Positions 60,101 through 64,000 of a stretch of 64,000 bases of DNA are shown one piece after another (the first letter of the stretch is position 1; every line of letters starts with the position of its first letter). The notes under the pieces were generated by a model that was given only the letters and a program-made list of their open reading frames with translations, searched no databases and was not told where the DNA came from. This stretch comes from Azolla caroliniana (Eukaryota; Plantae; Polypodiophyta), in contig JBHGNT010000018.1 of the NCBI GenBank assembly GCA_043228905.1, positions 10,912,001 to 10,976,000 on the forward strand, read 5' to 3'. The translations under genes and the position numbers were made by a program.

Positions 60101-61690
60101 AAAAGCGGTCTTCCATTCATCTCCCGGTCGGATCCATACGAGGTTATATGCGCCTCGTAAGTCGATCTTTGTGAAGAACTTTGCACCATTAATCCATTCT
60201 AAAAGACTCAAAATAAGGGGAAGTGCATACCTAATTCTGATGGTGATCTTATTCAAGCCATGGTAATCCATGACGAGATGAAGTGATCCATCCTTGTTCT
60301 TGACAAAGAAAATGGGTGTGTTGGCTGGAGATTTCGAATGTCAAGTGAACCCGTTTGCCAAATTCTCCTCTATGTAGGCTCGAAGGACTTCTAGCTCGGT
60401 TGATGACAAGTTGTAGATCGGTCCCCATGGTGGCTCTTTTCCTGGTTGTAAATGAATGGGACAATCATACGGTCGATGGTGAGGAAGAGTATTGTCTTGT
60501 ACCTTATCAAACACATTGGCATGATGACGGTACTTCTCTAGAAGTTGAACTATGGATTCCTCTTTAGTGGTGCTGAAAGGTCTTACTGATACTGCAAATA
60601 CAAACATGGATTCCTTGCCTCCTTCTTCGCGCAGTTGATGTAGCAAAATGGTCGAAACCTTATGAGCAGCTTCTCGAGGTTGTCGATACCGGGTTTCTCT
60701 TGTTCTCCAATCTATGTCTGGATTGTGTAACTCGAACCATGGTAACCCCAAAACAATGGGATGTTCTGGACTACTAATTATATTGAATGATACTACACAT
60801 GTCAAATTATCTAGGACAACACTAATTGGCTCTGACTCTTCTACGATTTTTCTAAAAGCAATGGGACGACCATCAATGAGTACTACAGAGCTTGGGCAAG
60901 GGAGTTTTCTTAGGGATATGTGATGAGCTTGGGCAAAATTCTTATCCATGAAGCAAGAATTAGCTTTGGAATCTAGGAGTGCTAAGACATGTACTGGAGA
61001 GATACTTTTAGTACTAATTGTTACTTGAGTTAGGAAGACATTGCTAACTTGCTTAGAGGGAATGGAACCACTAATGGGTTGCACAGAGCTAGAGCTATCA
61101 AACCAAACGTCTCCTATTTTGGCTGGACTTAATCGTTTAACTCTTCTTCTAGTTGACTAAGGATTTCAAATTTGTTTGAAAGGCTTGGGCTATTAGGACT
61201 ATCAGACACACCTAGAGAAATAGACTCAGGTTTAGTACTATTAGTACTAGTAGATATTTGATTTACCTATCTTCTCGGCCAATGGGGACAGTTCACTGCA
61301 ATATGCCCTGGTCCACTGCAATAAAGACATAATTGATTTGCTCTGCATCGCTGTTTTTTCTCTTCCGATAGTGGTTTGTGATGATGTGTGGAGTCGATTT
61401 CCATTGGAGTGGGAGTATTTGCTGGAGACGCATTAAATGACTCCCTTGGGAAAGGTTTTGCTACAACTGAAGCATAAGTGGGCTCCGATCTTGTCCTCGG
61501 CATTTGGAATTGACGTTCCAAACGTCGTTCGAAAAGGCGGTTATCGCATCTTACCGCACGATTGATTGCTTTTGTCAATAACTTTGGTTCTTTGGGGAAG
61601 GTCAATAGTAAATCCTTGACATCATTACATAGACTATAACGAAATTGCCCCATTAATGCTTGGTCATCCTAGGGAATATCGATGGCGAGA
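57126..61690 (-). mobile_element. Second Tcn1-like chromovirus copy B2, decayed and truncated
   Basis: LTR TGTCAGGAATAGTACTAAG... at 57126 to ~57625, with its first ~75 bp duplicated; gag/PR/RT/RH/INT/chromodomain fragments colinear with element B. Confidence 0.88.
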
Positions 61691-61851
61691 AGACGGAAAT
61701 CCGCAACATAAGCTGAGGCCGACCGATCACCTTGATGCAATCTTCGGACACAAGGCACATAGGACGCAAGGCAGTACAACACTTTGCTCGCTCCTTGCTC
61801 CCATATCGGAAAGTACTTGTGTGCGGAATCCGGCGTTGCTTCATTTGCTCT
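61691..61851 (-). pseudogene. gag: Copia H-family gag fragment
   Basis: HKYFPIWEQGASKVLYCLASYV matches the H gag segment WEQAASKVMYCFASSV. Confidence 0.7.
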
Positions 61852-63203
61852 TGTAAATAATAGCGTGCGGAAGCTTGTAGACAAACCGGCTTAGCCAGAT
61901 TACAACAATAAAAACAGAGAATGAAGGTTTAATGGAAGCTTAAGAACAGATAATACATAGGAGAGACAGAGAGAGCAGAAAGCATAAAGTCAATTCAAAA
62001 TAATAACACTCTGTACATACAATGTGCTCAAAGAGTACTTTATACAAGTCCTTACATAGACTGACAGAAGTACTGACAAGTACTTCAATGCTCATACGAG
62101 CGATTGACATTGACTCCTAAAAGTATGCCTACATACTAGGCTAGATTCGTAGGCCTCTAACGGCCTACCGGTTACAATCCGATCTGTTGCTGGTTTTGGA
62201 TACCATCCGGACATCGATCCGGCTCTGGCTTATTCAATCGATCCGGATCCGGTTGAGCTTGTTTGGTAAACACTTCCCCTCAAGCTCAACTTGAGGTTGG
62301 ACCACAATGTCTGTGTCTGTGGTAGCTGCTCCTCTCCTTTGGCTCCACTTGGCGTCTTCCTGCCTTGCTCACGATCCTCGACCGGTCCAGTTCTGCTTTC
62401 CTCGACCCGTCCGGTTCCGTGCTCCTCGACCTTCGCAGTAGACTTGCATGCTCATAAGGCCCTTCTCAACTCCTTTGCTTTTGTAACTTCGGCGCTTCTC
62501 GGCCTATCGGTTCCTCTGTGTTGGAGTCGGTGTCGGCTTCCATTGCCTTCTCATCCGTTTGGCCGTCAGTTTATTCGACTGCGTTTGATTTGTTCCATTT
62601 CTTGTCCGAATTGGCTGTCTCCAAGTCGTCCTCAGTCTTCAGAACCTTCACGACATCGGACCATGTTTGTGTCTTGGTCTTCCCGACTTTGACTCCCCTT
62701 TTTTCGGTTGGCTTCGGCTTGGGCTCTCTGTTCCGGTGGCTCCCCCTATGTCTGGTCTCGACTTCTTCAGTCGTCTCGTGCACTCCGACTTCTTCAGTCG
62801 GGCCGAAATCGAAATTAGTTTCCAACTTAGATTTTCAGTCGTCTTCCTTTATCTTCCTTTCATTCCTCCCCCTCATGTTTGACATATTGAGGTACTGCAC
62901 ACCCATTGCACAGGAAAATTGCCGCAACTTGTCTAAGCCGAGGGGTTTGGTGAAGATATCGGCTACCTGTCGATTTGTCGGAACATGCAACAGTTCCACT
63001 TCACAAGAGAGAATGCGCTCTTAGACAAAGTGGTAATGCACCTCAATGTGCTTTGTCTGGGCATGAAAGACGGGGTTCTTTGCCAACTGGATGCTGCTGA
63101 GGTTGTTGCAATAGATCGTCGTCGGATCAAACACATCCACTTGCAGATCTTTCAAGAGCCTCTTGAGCCATATGGCTTCGCATGTCGTGACAGTCGCTCC
63201 TCG
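61852..63203 (-). mobile_element. Copia (H family) 3' end: RNase H, extra ORF, PPT, 3' LTR
   Basis: LTR 61852-62272; RNase H CEAIWLKRLL...HAQTKHIEVHYHFV; extra ORF 62571-62825. Confidence 0.85.
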
Positions 63204-64000
63204 GCGGGTCCTTTCCGGGGAAGTTGAACTTGTGTATGTTCCGACGGGTTTGCAGATTGCCGACATCTTCACCAAGCCCCTTGGTCTCGACAAGTTACGG
63301 AATTTCTCGGGTGCGCTTGGATTGTGTCACCTCGACACGCCAAACTTGAGGGGGAGACAGGAATAGGAGCGTGGAAGGACCAGTGGTGACCGCGATGCCA
63401 AGATGGATGAAGAATTCGATTTTTGGCTGGCTGAAGAAGCTGAAGAAGAAAGCAGGGGCCGTAATTGCAAGGAAGAGCCGAAGACAACCGAACAAAAGGG
63501 AAATACAACCAAGAAGGGCGTAAAGGCCAAGACCAAGACGTGGTCTAATGTTGTCAAGGGCCTGGAAACAGAAGCCGAATTGGAGACAACCAATTCGGGC
63601 GAAAGTGGAATTGAATCGGAAGTGACCAATTCAATCAAAATGTTTGCTTCGGACATTACGAATCGATTGAGGGCCAAGCGGAGGAAAGGGCAGCGAAAGA
63701 GGCGCAAACACCGTGATAGCAAGGGAGCTGAGAAGGGCCACATGAGCAGACAAGCCAACCGGAAGGGTCAAAGCGCGCGGAATCGAACAGATTGAGGAGC
63801 GTGAGCGAGGCGTGAAGCCAAGAGAGGCCGGAGTGAAGATCCGGAAGAGCAGATGGAACCTCAAGTTGAGCTTGAGGGGGAGTGTTGAGAGACAAGCTCA
63901 ACATTGGGTGCGTAAATGGGTGCATAACCCAGTGCGTAGACTGGGTGCGTAAAACCGTACGCACAATATGGCCGTAGCGGTGCGTAAACCGAGAGGCCAT
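63204..64000 (+). mobile_element. Copia (H family) 3' end in opposite orientation: RNase H end, extra ORF, PPT, start of 3' LTR
   Basis: QIADIFTKPL...LRGRQE*; ORF 63403-63795; TTGAGGGGGAG-TGTTGAG with the LTR starting at 63883. Confidence 0.85.
63403..63795 (+). CDS. Copia 3' extra ORF, 130-aa charged/basic protein of unknown function
   Basis: Open, ATG-initiated; motif K(A/T)KT.TWS(N/D)V.K.L...ELE.AN conserved in three divergent copies in the window. Confidence 0.6.
   Translation: MDEEFDFWLAEEAEEESRGRNCKEEPKTTEQKGNTTKKGVKAKTKTWSNVVKGLETEAELETTNSGESGIESEVTNSIKMFASDITNRLRAKRRKGQRKRRKHRDSKGAEKGHMSRQANRKGQSARNRTD

Overview
Eukaryotic nuclear DNA from a land plant, probably a non-seed plant such as a moss (inferred from the retrotransposon lineages). 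About 75% is nested retrotransposon sequence around one intact 12-exon host gene, a kanadaptin/SLC4A1AP-like FHA protein (46164-52973, +). From left to right: (i) 1-5386 is a decayed tandem array of a ~1.3-1.4 kb mini LTR-element (LTR / PBS / one ORF / PPT, on the - strand) whose primer-binding site is a whole antisense tRNA-Arg(UCU) with an encoded CCA. (ii) A copia gag is split by chromovirus C1 (6187-25371, TSD ATCTC). C1's LTRs hold a tRNA-Trp-primed gypsy A (6217-12087, TSD CCGT), a Tcn1-like chromovirus B (12135-17371, TSD GTGTG) and solo LTR E (23905-24969, TSD ACGT), which carries a plastid 16S fragment. (iii) A copia 5' end, then a second chromovirus copy C2 (27421-41435) containing solo LTR F and the young, near-complete gypsy D (32905-40904, TSD ACGT). 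(iv) A Pack-MULE (43687-45948, 9-bp TSD) just upstream of the host gene. (v) Copia 3' ends with a conserved extra ORF, and a second Tcn1-like copy. Most notable: the whole-tRNA PBS array; tRNA-like A/B-box modules antisense in the U3 of several unrelated gypsy LTR families; two conserved -1 frameshift cassettes with stem/pseudoknot; and 4-bp NCGT target sites. All coordinates were read by eye, and no database searches were run.
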